Shown in pieces: positions 15,340 through 26,409 of a stretch of DNA of 64,000 bases; the first letter of the stretch is position 1; each line of letters starts with the position of its first letter. The DNA is from Podarcis filfolensis (taxonomy: Eukaryota), in assembly GCA_964270895.1 (NCBI GenBank), contig OZ185440.1; one strand, given 5' to 3'. A program made the position numbers and the translations under genes. Below the pieces are notes generated by a model, which had not been told where the DNA came from, made no database searches, and worked only from the letters and a program-made list of their open reading frames with translations.

Positions 15340-15942
15340 TGTCCTGCCTCTGCCCCTGCTCAAGTCAGGAGCTGGAGTCTAGTGTGAGTCAGCAATCAAA
15401 GAAAAACGCAGTGTCAGTGAAGTTAACTCTTTATTCAAGAAACCAAAACGGCACAGGCCTAGTGATCCCAGCAACTCTTCCCAGTAGGCCTGCTCCAACA
15501 AGTTGCAAGGATTGAAGATCCCTGCTTTTCCCCCACTCTCTAAGGCTCCCCCTCTCCAGGATCTTTCCCAAGCAGTTGCAAACAGCACCAGCACACAACC
15601 CCCCTCTTCATTTCTCTGTGTGTTCTAGGAGACCGGGGGGAGGTGAACTGCTTGCAGCAGGAGGGGGAGACTCCCTGGCTTCTTCAGCAGCCTGCCCCTC
15701 ACTCTCCTGGCCCCATTCCACTCCAGCTTCAGAGTTGGAACTGCCCTCTGCCACAGCCTCTTCCTGCTCACCAAACCCTGTTACGTCTTCTGCTTCTGGC
15801 ACCTCCTCCCAGTCTGCTCCTTCTTCTCCCCTTGGCTGCTCATTGTCATCCTACCACCAATCCCTGGCTCTGAGCCTTCTTCCCCTGGGGTGCTCCAGCT
15901 GGTGCCTTCCACCACTCCTATGCATCCAGCCAGTCCATGACA
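15340..15942 (-). mobile_element. Putative solo LTR
   Basis: Minus strand starts TGTCATGG and ends GGACA; AATAAAG on minus near 15430; no clean TSD found. Confidence 0.4.
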
Positions 15943-16761
15943 GCCCAGTACTAGGTGCAGCCCTGCCCATTATATGTGGCCCTGGACACCCACCCGCTGC
16001 TGCATGTGGCCCTCAGGAACAAAAGGGTTGCCCATTCCTGGTCTAGGCAGTACTGAGCTAGATGCACCAAGGGTACAAGGTGCATTCCTAACTTTCTCCT
16101 AGCTAAAAGCTCCCTTGGGATGGGAGAAAGTGAGTTACATAAATAAACAAGATGAAATGGAACCAAGCCCAAGAATGGCTTGGCAGTGCCATATGAGTCA
16201 GCACCCGGCCTACTCCAAAGAGTTGGGAGCAAAGCCCATGACCTTAGTGTGCCCCATTGTGTGGGAGTGTGCTTTGGCAAAGCCTGGAAGACTGAAGCCT
16301 TTGTAAGTGGAGGTTTCAGAACAAAGCTCTGCCTTCATGAGTTGTTTTGACTCTTCCTCTCCCATTGTTTGCTCGCTTCATGCTAGACCTTTAGCACTGA
16401 TTTCCATGGTTGTGGTTCTCTGTGTGCCATAATGGGGAGAGCTGCTGAAAGGGGGCAGCACTGGTAGACTGTCTGACACAGCTGTCTTTTGAACTTTAGC
16501 AACCAAGCCTTTCCATTTTATTCTGATCTCTGCTCACAGTCACACTCTTGATTTCTGGAATGACTCTAAAGCAGGGTCTGATGAGTTCTTTCTCTCATCG
16601 TTGATTACCTATTCTTTATTGGCAAAGGTAGGGATGAGGCAGGCTTCCCGTACAATGGATGGGATTAGACATTTTCTATTGTGGGAAATATTAGATAGAC
16701 TAAGCAGGCAGCAGGTTGCATTTCCCGACAGTTGCTAAGTTTTCCTAGAATAGGTTTAGAG

Positions 16762-16893
16762 CAGTTTTCCCCAACCTAGTGCCTTTCAGATTCCCCCACC
16801 CTGATTATAAATCCTATCAGCATATCCAGTGACCAGGGATGATGGGAGTTGTGGTCCAACAACATCTGGAAGGCACCAGATTAGGGAAGGCTG
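16762..16893. mobile_element. Older degenerate copy of the palindromic hAT MITE
   Basis: Degenerate TSD GTTTAGAG/GTCTAGGG; retains GGGATGATGGGAGTTGTGGTCC and AACATCTGGA; similar decayed copies near 23818-23931 and 57556-57694. Confidence 0.6.
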
Positions 16894-17383
16894 GTCTAGG
16901 GAAACAAGCAATATTTTCAAAATGTGCCTCCCTATGTATTTTGGGGCCTATTTATATCTCTGACCTCCATTACCTCTAAAACGTCACTACCACCAGCTGA
17001 TGGGGTTGTGCAATTGCATGTTAAGTGCTGAACTTGGCTTTTGGCAGACCACCTAAAAGGTGAATTAGCAGTAAAATATCAAAAGATGAATTTAGCCTGT
17101 GGCAATGCAGCGACACAAATGGCAGCATAACTGGGAGTCAGGATGGGCTGGCAGAAAAAGGACTGCCACAAGCTGAGAAGGTCATATTACTGACTAGGCT
17201 GCAGTTCCACCAGATGCTTGGGAGTGTGTGTGGAGCAGGTTTGTATGTGGAGCTTAAGCACTACTTAGCAGCAAGCTCATTTCCCATGAAGCTCTAGTTT
17301 GGCCTTCCCAATTACAGCATGCTTTAAAAAATAAATTGTCTACCAGTCTAAACCTATAATAGGTGTGTGCACACTGGTGAATG

Positions 17384-17525
17384 GAACATAGGAAGCTGCC
17401 TTATCCTGAGCCAGATCTAACTCAGTATTGTCCGCACTGACTGGCAGTGGATCTCCAGAGTTTCAGGCAGGAGGACTGAACTTTGGACCTTCTGCATGCA
17501 AACAAGATGCTCCACCACTGAGCTA
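17384..17525 (-). mobile_element. tRNA-derived squamate SINE (Squam3-like)
   Basis: Minus strand TAGCTCAGTGGTGGAGCATC...GCATGCAGAAGGTCC...CTGCCAGTCAGTG...AGGCAGCTTCCTATGTT; decayed relatives near 1476-1620, 10075-10255, 15015-15160, 22490-22690, 63040-63158. Confidence 0.7.
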
Positions 17526-18117
17526 CACACTGAATGGAAAGCCCTTGTGACCATCACGGAGCGCAGCATTCTAAATGTGCAAGGGGGGACTGTCATCTTT
17601 TCTTATTATTCCACTCAGTATCAATACCTCTAGCTACATATTTTTCCTATTCTTTGTTAGCCTTTTCCAGTCTGTTTTCCTCTGTTTTCTCCTCCACTGA
17701 CAAACTTGTAAACTGTTGGAAGTGCGACTGCAGAGATCATCTAGTTTGTACTCTTATTTATTTAAGAAACTTTGCTAACAGAAGCACCTCAAGGCAGGAA
17801 CTTATGTCTTTGACTTATGCTGTAAACTCCCATGTATGCTGATGGCACAATATATACAGTATATGAATATTTGATCTTGCAGCTGTCTTTCCTGAATGAC
17901 AAGGTGAATCAGCAGCAGAGGTTATCGTATGTTTTTATTGTCTTCTCTCCCTCTCCCTCCCTGGTCTCTTTCCCACTTACTCTTTAACACTTGGTTCTTT
18001 TTTGTCTGATTACCAACCCATATTATAGTTCTGGAACCAGAGTCTTGGATACTCTAATCAGAATGTTCCATTTGTACTATGTTGTCATATTCACTGCATC
18101 TCTTCGTTGCCCTTCAG

Positions 18118-18240
18118 ATGTCGATGAATGTAGCATCAACCGAGGAGGCTGCAAGTTTGGCTGTATAAACACCCCTGGCAGCTATGAATGTACTTGCCCT
18201 GCTGGGTGCAAACTTCACTGGAATAAAAAGGATTGCATAG
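18118..18240 (+). CDS. SCUBE3: SCUBE3 exon 10, calcium-binding EGF 9
   Basis: ttcag|ATGTC...ATAG|gtgagt; 123 nt; [41 protein letters not shown]. Confidence 0.96.
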
Positions 18241-19019
18241 GTGAGTGTAGAAAAGGGCTGAGGTCATGCTGCCCTCCAGAGGCAGAATGTATTTCAGCAG
18301 GCAATGTTCTAGCTGAGGACAAAATTACTGTAGTAACTGAACAGAGAACAAGGAGACTAATTTTAATGTGGCATTGTTGTATGGCACTGTTTTGATAGTT
18401 TAAATTCTGATGCTGTTAAAAACCACAAAGTTATTAATGAGAATTCCACACGCTGGCTGGTGCTGTGTGATTGCCAGTAATGCAAAACTTCTCACCATGC
18501 TGTGATTTATCGAGAGGAGTGAGATTGCAGAATAGGCAACCACAACATTTTACTCAAACACAGAAAACTAGCTTAAGTTTTGCAGAAATGTGTTGAACAT
18601 TCCCAGGTGTTTTTTTTTCCTGCAATACAATAAAACCTAGAGAGGCATGTCCAAAAATGAAATATGAGATTCTTAAATAACTGTCACAGAATCTGTGTTT
18701 GGAAATTCAGGCATTCTCAATTTTTAGCAGATTCTGCTCTTGCTGGTCCAGTAGTGACCCTGCATGCTTTTAGACTTTATTCCTTCAGTGGTGAGCTGAA
18801 AAACTCAGTACAACACAAGCAGAGAAGTTGCTGTAGCAGATACAAGTGGAAACAGTAGTACAGTAGTAGTAGTAGTGGACTAATGCCTATTTACTTCCAC
18901 TGGAGAACAAGGTTTGGCTTTGCACTGTAGCCATCCCAATATTTGTGTGCTCTTTTTAAAATTACACCATCTCATCTGCATATTGCTATCATTGCTGTCT
19001 GTTGTTGCTTGTTCTTCAG

Positions 19020-19136
19020 AGCTGGTGATATGTTTGGCTGGTGCAGTATCTCCACGAGCCACACTTACCTGCAACAAGAATGGCAAGAAGGACAGCTGCT
19101 CCCTCACCTGTGCCTCTAAGGCTCGCTTTCTACCTG
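19020..19136 (+). CDS. SCUBE3: SCUBE3 exon 11, start of spacer region
   Basis: ttcag|AGCTGG...CCTG|gtaggt; 117 nt; ELVICLAGAVSPRATLTCNKNGKKDSCSLTCASKARFLP, Cys pattern as in human SCUBE3. Confidence 0.92.
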
Positions 19137-19259
19137 GTAGGTGCACCAATCTGCCACTCCTTCACCCCAGGAAATTTAATAGCTTCACATTCAAGAGGCT
19201 GCAATATTTGGAGGCTTGTGGGCATTGTGCCATTATGGGACCCTGTTATTCTCTTGCTA

Positions 19260-19369
19260 AAGGTAAAGGTAAAGGGACCCCTGACCATTAGGTCCAGTTG
19301 TAGCCGACGCTGGAGTTGCAGCGCTCATCTCGCTTTATTGGCCAAGGGAGCCGGCGTATAGCTTCCGGG
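19260..19369 (-). mobile_element. 5'-truncated Sauria-type SINE
   Basis: 9-bp TSD CTCTTGCTA; ACCTTT tail; 3' part about 94% identical to 21963-22069. Confidence 0.88.
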
Positions 19370-20421
19370 CTCTTGCTACAGGATTTTTAATCTTCTGTCC
19401 CCATTTTTCTACTGCATTTGAAGCCTTATTCAATTCCATTCCTCAGTCCTATGGCCTGTTCCCTTTTCTATTCCCACATAAGCTCTTGGAGGTTTTCAGC
19501 TTTGATTTCAGTGACACTTGCAGGAGAAGGAACAGTTGACAAAGAACTGGGATGTGAATAGAGGTTATTTGTGCTGCTTTAGTATAGCACTTAACCCATG
19601 TGCAGGGCCATCATCAGTACTTAGTATCCTTGGGCAACTGCCAAGGCCCTGATACCCTAACAGAGCCCACCACTGATGTTGTGGTCCTGTCCATAAAGTG
19701 TTCACCTGATTCCAAAGGCTGAATAATATACACATTGGGACATAAGTTGTCACATTAGCTTAAGGATGTAAGCTTGCAAAACGGGAACTCTCCCCCACTC
19801 CCACCACTGTGTGCAGCCTATGCTCTTCCCAATTCTCCCCTGGAGGGTTGTGGAATCCTCTAAAACAGATTTAGGGGGTACATGGGAGGTGATGGATGGG
19901 GACATTCCATTGCACAAGTGGAAATCTTTGGACTGGCAGACTGAGTTAACTTACCACTGCATCAGATGCAATCCCTGGCTGATTGGGGACTTTTTAAGTA
20001 CTCTTCATGCATTTAGCTTTGGCTCACTCTCCCTCTGGCAAGGCATATGTGATCTCACTCATGAATGGCTCCCACAAGGCTGTGAGCCATGAGAATTTGC
20101 TCAGATTATCCACACTCTGGCACCATCTGTGCTCCTTTTATGTGCTTGTATTGCACTGGGATTCTTTGGTGGGTTGTTTATTCTTTCTGAATGGAAATCA
20201 TGGGGGTGGGGAAACATAGTAACGGGTTCTGGCCAAAACTGGGCTGCTTTCATCCATATGATTGATGGGCAAGATCAGGCATGGGCTAATCTTTCAAAAA
20301 TACATTTGGGGTTTGGGCTGGGCTGGGCTGGGCTTACAAATACAGGCCCATGCAGGCATACATTTAGAAATATCTGGCCACAGGCCTCCGCTGATTACGA
20401 CTTGATTATTTCTCTTTGCAG

Positions 20422-20514
20422 AGTCTGACAATAGCTACACAGTGAGCTGCGGTACCCCAATATTGCGGCAGGGACCTCCACCGAGGCCCAGCAATGTCAG
20501 CCATCCCTGTGTTG
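20422..20514 (+). CDS. SCUBE3: SCUBE3 exon 12, spacer
   Basis: ttgcag|AGTCT...GTTG|gtaagt; 93 nt; ESDNSYTVSCGTPILRQGPPPRPSNVSHPCV; not in the ORF track (no Met). Confidence 0.9.
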
Positions 20515-20598
20515 GTAAGTTTGGTCTCCTGAGTCCTCAGGGCTCCTCCCGAGACTCGCTTGGCTCCCCTGATACTTAGCACCTGCCTTTTCTTTTAG

Positions 20599-20715
20599 AG
20601 ACTGTCACTGCTCCAATCAAACAAAAGGCTTCCTTCAAAATCAAGGATGCTAAATGTCACCTGCACCCACGCATGAAAGGCAAGCAGGATGAGGTGGGCA
20701 GGAATGCTGCACTAG
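20599..20715 (+). CDS. SCUBE3: SCUBE3 exon 13, spacer
   Basis: ttttag|AGACT...CTAG|gtgagg; 117 nt; [39 protein letters not shown]; preceded by an 84-nt intron. Confidence 0.93.
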
Positions 20716-21163
20716 GTGAGGTACTCCCTCCTTTGTATGTCTTCTCAAAGCCTTCCCTTGGGGTTGTTTTCAGTCCTAAGTCTTGTATGTCACGAAAGCA
20801 GCTCTTTGGATTTAGCATGCAGTCCTTGTAAGCATTCTCTTGTGATGCTTTTAAGGACCAGGGGACTGTGCTTTCCACATTTGCCATAGTTGAATACTGC
20901 AACTATTAAAAACCAGCCACACACAGAGGGAGCTTGAGGCTCTGGGGGTCAAGTCTCCCTGCACTCACTCATGGGCATGTGGTTGGGAAGCTGTGGAATA
21001 GCTGAGGCTTTTATGCTTTTGTGCCTTTGAATGTGTAAGAGCCCAGAAGCAGAAAAGAGAGGATAGAAGGATGAAAAGAACCCTAAGCGTGGGGGCCCTC
21101 CCCTCCACAGAGGATGATGTAGTGCGGAGGAAAAAACTGATAGCAATAACACCACAAATGGCT

Positions 21164-21365
21164 AGGTAGCCGTGTTGGTCTGCCATAGTCAAAACAAAAA
21201 ATTTTTTTTTCTTTCCAGTAGCACCTTAAAGACCAACTAAGTTAGTTCTTGGTATGAGCTTTCGTGTGCATGCACACTTCGTCAGGTATCTGACGAAGTG
21301 TGCATGCACACGAAAGCTCATACCAAGAACTAACTTAGTTGGTCTTTAAGGTGCTACTGGAAAGA
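21164..21365. mobile_element. Penelope-like element remnant with inverted pseudo-LTR arrangement, very young
   Basis: 13-bp TSD ACCACAAATGGCT (21151-21163, 21366-21378); perfect 77-bp inverted arms 21209-21285 / 21290-21366; GTAGCCGTGTTGGTC and TAGCACCTTAAAGAC segments resemble reptile Penelope ends as recalled; hammerhead core present. Confidence 0.8.
21285..21324 (+). ncRNA. Minimal type I hammerhead ribozyme motif (Penelope-type)
   Basis: Helix I GGUAU(21285-89)/AUACC(21320-24); CUGACGA 21290-96; helix II GUGUG/CACAC; GAAA 21312-15; palindromic AGCU helix III; U16.1-C17 cleavage site after 21319. Confidence 0.75.
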
Positions 21366-21579
21366 ACCACAAATGGCTGTGTGGGATTGTATCATTGGGA
21401 AGTCGTGCCTGAGAAAGTGCCTTAGCTAGTGTGGGGAGGTTATGGGAGTAAAACGATGAGCTTCCTGCCACGGGATAAAGGAGAGAAGCCCTGCTTGGTT
21501 GTCACAGAGGAAAATGCCTGTTAGGATTTCAGAGAGAGCTTGCTTGGAGGATATTAACACCGCGCCCCATCTTTCCTAG

Positions 21580-21741
21580 GTGGGGCAGCCCCTTGCTCAG
21601 ATTGCCAGGTGACATTTGTGAACTTAAAGTGTGATTCATCCAAGAAGGGCAAAGGACGCCGTGCCCGCAACTCCCCCAACAAGGAGGTGACTCGCATCAC
21701 GTTGGAGTTTGAAGCTGAAATCAAGCCTGAAGAAATTACAG
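21580..21741 (+). CDS. SCUBE3: SCUBE3 exon 14, spacer with basic furin-type cluster KKGKGRRAR
   Basis: cctag|GTGGG...ACAG|gtagag; 162 nt; [54 protein letters not shown]. Confidence 0.94.
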
Positions 21742-21962
21742 GTAGAGAAGGTGACTGAGAAAGCTTGGCTTTCCCCTCAGAGATAGGGGACAACATCACA
21801 GAGTAATATGAGGAAGAGACCTCATGTTCCAGGAACACCCATCTCAGAAGAGAGTACAAGAGAAGGACTGGTTGACCCAACTTTCCTAAATATTGTTAAA
21901 AGATTGTTTAGAAAAGGCAATGTCTTGTTTTATTTATGCATACACACACTGTCATAAATATA

Positions 21963-22316
21963 GTAAAGGTAAAGGGACCCCTGACCATTAGGTCCAGTCG
22001 TGGCCGACTCTGGGGTTGTGGCGCTCATCTCGCTTTATTGGCCAAGGGAGCCGGCGTATAGCTTCCGGGTCATGTGGCCAGCATGACTAAGCCACTTCTG
22101 GTGAACCAGAGCAGCACACGGAAACGCCGTTTACCTTCCTGCTGGAGCGGTACCTATTTATCTACTTGCACTTTGACGTGCTTTCGAACTGCTAGGTTGG
22201 CAGGAGCAGGGACCAAGCAATGGGAGCTCACCCCCTTGCGGGGATTCGAACCTCCAACCTTCTGATCGGCAAGTCCTAGGCTCTGTGGTTTAACCCACAG
22301 CGCCACCCACTTCCCT
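21963..22316 (-). mobile_element. Full-length Sauria-type tRNA-derived SINE
   Basis: 13-bp TSD TGTCATAAATATA (21950-62, 22317-29); minus-strand head GGGTGGCGCTGTGGGTTAAACC, B-box GGTTCGAATCC, (ACCTTT)n tail. Confidence 0.9.
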
Positions 22317-22831
22317 TGTCATAAATATATACATACACAAATTCATTGAAATGAATGGACATGATTACTAGCTTAGGCCCATTCATTTTAGTGGGTATAC
22401 TTAGTTGGATACAACTTTATAATATGACGAGTTCTTTAGTTCATAACATCTGGGGGTGGGGCGATGAGGTTGAGGAAATTTGAAATATATGAAGCTTCCC
22501 TTTTCTGACTCAGACCATTGGTCTGATTTATCCAGCATGGTGCACTCTGTTTGGAAGTGGTTCTGCTGGGCCTCAGACAGAGGTCATTCCCTGTTCCACT
22601 ACCTGAGATCCTGTTAACTGAGGATGCCTGGGATTTCAGCCAGAATCTTCTGCATGTAAAATGTGTGCTGTACTACTGAACTACGGCCATTCCCCTAGCA
22701 TGAGACTGGAATAGATTATGCTGATTTAACAGCAGCTGGAAATAAAAAGGGACATAAGGTTGTCTTTGGAAATGGGGTTTCTTCTTCCTAGTGCTAGGTT
22801 AAACAGCACAGTCTCATTCCCTCATCTCCAG

Positions 22832-23035
22832 CCAGCTGCAATCTGAACTGTGTGCGGCAGAAGGTTGAGAAAAAACTGAAATCGGCAATCAAAGCACTGA
22901 AGAAATCCATAAACCAGGAACGGTTCCTGATCCGCTTTTCGGGGATGGAATATGAAGTGGCACGGAAGCTGAGCATGACTCCCGAGAGGCAGGAGAGCTG
23001 TGGGCCGGGACAGGAGAGATTGGGACCTAAGTGTG
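22832..23035 (+). CDS. SCUBE3: SCUBE3 exon 15
   Basis: ctccag|CCAGC...TGTG|gtaagg; 204 nt; ASCNLNCVRQKVEKKLKSAIKALKKSINQERFLIRFSGMEYEVARKLSMTPERQESCGPGQERLGPKC. Confidence 0.94.
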
Positions 23036-23347
23036 GTAAGGAAACAACCTGAATTGGTTGGGGGTGAGGAAAGGAAGAGTAAAAGAACCATTTGCATATT
23101 AACTGCAAGCCTTTAGTGCTACACTGCTGCTCTGATGCCATTGCTGCCAAATCTAACATCTATGGCAGCCACATGTGCTTACAGACAATAGATACGGTTA
23201 CTGTGCTCATTCTTTTGAGGGCCTGAGCTGTATTATTGTAACATGGGCAAGGAGAGATCCTGGGGTCTCTGTCCTGCAAGAAAGACAAGGGTTATCTTGG
23301 GCATTGTCTTGGCACATGTGTCACTAGCGCTTTTGCCTCTCTCTTAG

Positions 23348-23509
23348 TTAGCTGCCTGCAAGGAACGTATTACCATGGTCAGATGGAGCAGTGTGTCCCT
23401 TGCCCTCCAGGGACCTACCAGGAGAAAGAAGGCCAGCTCTCCTGTGACCTTTGCCCTGGAAGTGATGCTTATGGGCCAGCTGGAGCAACAAATATAAGCG
23501 CCTGTGCAG
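23348..23509 (+). CDS. SCUBE3: SCUBE3 exon 16, Cys-rich (GCC/ephrin-receptor-like) repeat 1
   Basis: cttag|TTAGC...GCAG|gtacag; 162 nt; [54 protein letters not shown]. Confidence 0.94.
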
Positions 23510-24623
23510 GTACAGGGATGAGCTGCAAGGTACTCTAAACCTATAGCTGAGGTCCAATATCCTAGGACACTTGATAACCTGTCCCAGAGTAGCCAACAGT
23601 AGCTCTCGGAACTAGAATGAATTAGTGGCCACAGCAAAGGGAATGGAATTGGTAACACCCACAAATTGGTAACACCTGCACTTTCCCTTCCACACCAAAG
23701 AATGGCAACTAGTTCATAAGCATTGGCCCTAAACACAACATTTACAAGAGGCCTAGGATGGTGGTTTTGTATGTAAGTAACTGGCATGGTAGCCACTTCC
23801 AGCTTTGATTCACTACTGCACCCTTCGCACAACCTAAGGACCTCCAGATGTTGGGGCTACAATTCCCTTCATCCTTCACCATTGGCTAAGGTGATGGGAA
23901 CTATAGACAAAATATCTGGAGGAGAAGGCTGACTAGAGCAATATCTCAGTGTTGCCTCAGAAAAGGGCCCCAAAGATAGCTGCCAGATTGTGCACAAGAT
24001 GCTTTACTTCCCCTCTAGCATTCCTCCTGCCCTGTCACTCTGGAGCTAGTTCCACTTTGAAGTACAGAAAAAGCTACAGAGGCTACAGCTGCTCATATGT
24101 TCTAAACTGTTTCCTAATTCCCCAACTAATGACAGGAAAACAGCTGTTGCCATTGATTGCACTCAGAAGTAGGGCAGGATGGGCAGCTCGGAGGTGCACC
24201 TATTATCGCCGTGCCTGGCGGTTACTCTTAAATGGCAAACTTTATTTAACGTAATTTGTTAAATAAAGAATCTGGGCTTGTGAAGCTGCAGCCACGGGGT
24301 AGTTCAGCTTCATGACCCATTTCTTCCAAATCTGTTTACGTATTTATTTCGGGGGAAATTCTTCACATCCAGGACTTGGATAAATGGATCCGATTGTGGC
24401 GTTTCTCCTTCATACCATGGGCATTATCACATTCCAGTACAGAGGCAGAAACATTGCCCAAGGCCATTTCTGGAATGGGTGACGGCTCTCATGGTGCTCT
24501 CCCATGGCTCAGTTATATTATAGTGCATGTTGCATGCTGCTGGTACATTAGAAGCAATGTGTATAGGGAGGCAATACTTAATCTGGACCAATGAGTATCT
24601 CTTTTCTCCTGCATGGCCCACAG

Positions 24624-24791
24624 GTCAGTGCCCCCCTGGCCAGTACTCTGTAGACGGTTTCAAACCCTGCCAACCATGTCCACGTGGCACCTACCAACCT
24701 GAAGCAGGCCGAGCTTTGTGCTTCCACTGTGGCGGGGGACTGAACACGAAGCATGATGGAGCTTTCTCCTTCCAGGACTGTGATACCAAAG
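24624..24791 (+). CDS. SCUBE3: SCUBE3 exon 17, Cys-rich repeat 2
   Basis: cacag|GTCAG...AAAG|gtatgc; 168 nt; [56 protein letters not shown]. Confidence 0.96.
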
Positions 24792-25397
24792 GTATGCTTG
24801 GGGCAACAGCACTGTATAAGACAGGGATGAAGAACCTCAGGCTTGGGGACCAGATGTGGCCCTCCAGACCTCTCTGTTTGGCCCTCGGGCCTCTCCCTAT
24901 GCCGCATCTCTCACTGCCCTGAATTGCACTCAGTTTAAGTGTTTTTGCCTGGCTGGAACAAGTCCTTGAACTCTGGTAATGTGTCTTCCTTGACTGGATG
25001 GAAGACAAAGAGGTGTGTGTAAAGAAGCTAGCTTAGATTAAATCATGCTAGCGCTTCAGAATGTTCACTAACCCACCAGGAAGTCCCTGGGATGAATCTT
25101 GCCTTTGGCATGAACTCACCAGGTGGCCTAAAGCAAGCTACCGTTAGCCTCAGCCCTTCCCATCTGCAATATGGCGGATTATAATGCTGACTGACCTTTC
25201 AGGATTGTTGTGAACATTACAACTAGATAGCCTATGGGAAGTACTTTGGACACTTAAAAGTGCCGTACAGTATTATATTAATACCAATATGGTAATAAAT
25301 GGAATCCCTGTATTACAAGGGATTCCATATGTCAGATGGTAAAAAAATACATATTTAGGACTAATGTACATTTGGTCAGGAGGCAGAAAGAGAGGTT

Positions 25398-25542
25398 AGA
25401 ATCATAGAATCAGAGAGCTGGAAGGGCCACAAGGGTTATCTAGTCCAACCCCCTGCAACGAAGGAATATTTTTGTTCATTGTGAGGCTTGAAGCCACGAC
25501 CCTGAGGTTAAGAGTCTCATGCTCTGCCAACTGAGCTATCCA
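25398..25542 (-). mobile_element. tRNA-Lys(CUU)-headed SINE with CR1-type 3' tail
   Basis: Minus strand GATAGCTCAGTTGGCAGAGCATGAGACTCTTAACCTCAGGGTCGTGG then GGGGTTGGACTAGAT...ATTCTATGATTCT; related tails near 46650-46745 (+) and 35043-35110 (-). Confidence 0.75.
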
Positions 25543-25754
25543 TGTTCAGCCAGTGTTACTATGCACCTTAGTGCTCCTGCTCAATTTGCCTTGCATCCTT
25601 TCAGTGATATTCATCAAGCCTTCTTGCACGATTAGAGAAAGCAATGTTACCAGCAAATTAACTGCCCCAAATAGCTTTTCATTTCCATGAATGCTTGCTG
25701 GTCTTGTATTATTTTGGCAGTCTCTGACACTTTTCTCTTCTCTTCAATGTATAG

Positions 25755-25916
25755 TTCAGTGTTCCCCGGGCCATTATTATAACACCAGCGTCCACCGCTG
25801 CATCCGCTGCGCCGTAGGCACTTACCAACCTGACTTCCGCCAGAACTACTGCATCACATGCCCTGGGAATACCACCACAGACTTTGACGGCTCAACCTCT
25901 GTGTCACAATGCAAAA
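25755..25916 (+). CDS. SCUBE3: SCUBE3 exon 18, Cys-rich repeat 3
   Basis: tatag|TTCAG...AAAA|gtatgc; 162 nt; [54 protein letters not shown]. Confidence 0.96.
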
Positions 25917-26085
25917 GTATGCTTTGGTCTCTGCAGACTGCATGTAACAGAAGTCATTTGCTGAAATTATCTCTGTTTCATTAGCTTCCTATTGGTTTTC
26001 CTTATGCATGCAATAGTAAAGTTTATGGACCAATCTGTACCTGTGTTTACACACAACCCTTATATAGCCACACTGGCATATATAG

Positions 26086-26409
<324 letters not shown>

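Noticed and set aside
20515-20598. In-frame retention of the 84-nt SCUBE3 intron
   Set aside because: The length is divisible by 3, but there is an in-frame TAG at 20577-20579.
21251-21290. Active hammerhead on the minus strand of the Penelope palindrome
   Set aside because: The core is present, but helix I has two mismatches including the pair next to the cleavage site.
25478-25541. tRNA-Lys gene
   Set aside because: Mutated B-box/T-arm, no proper acceptor stem, and fused to a CR1 tail, so it is a SINE head.
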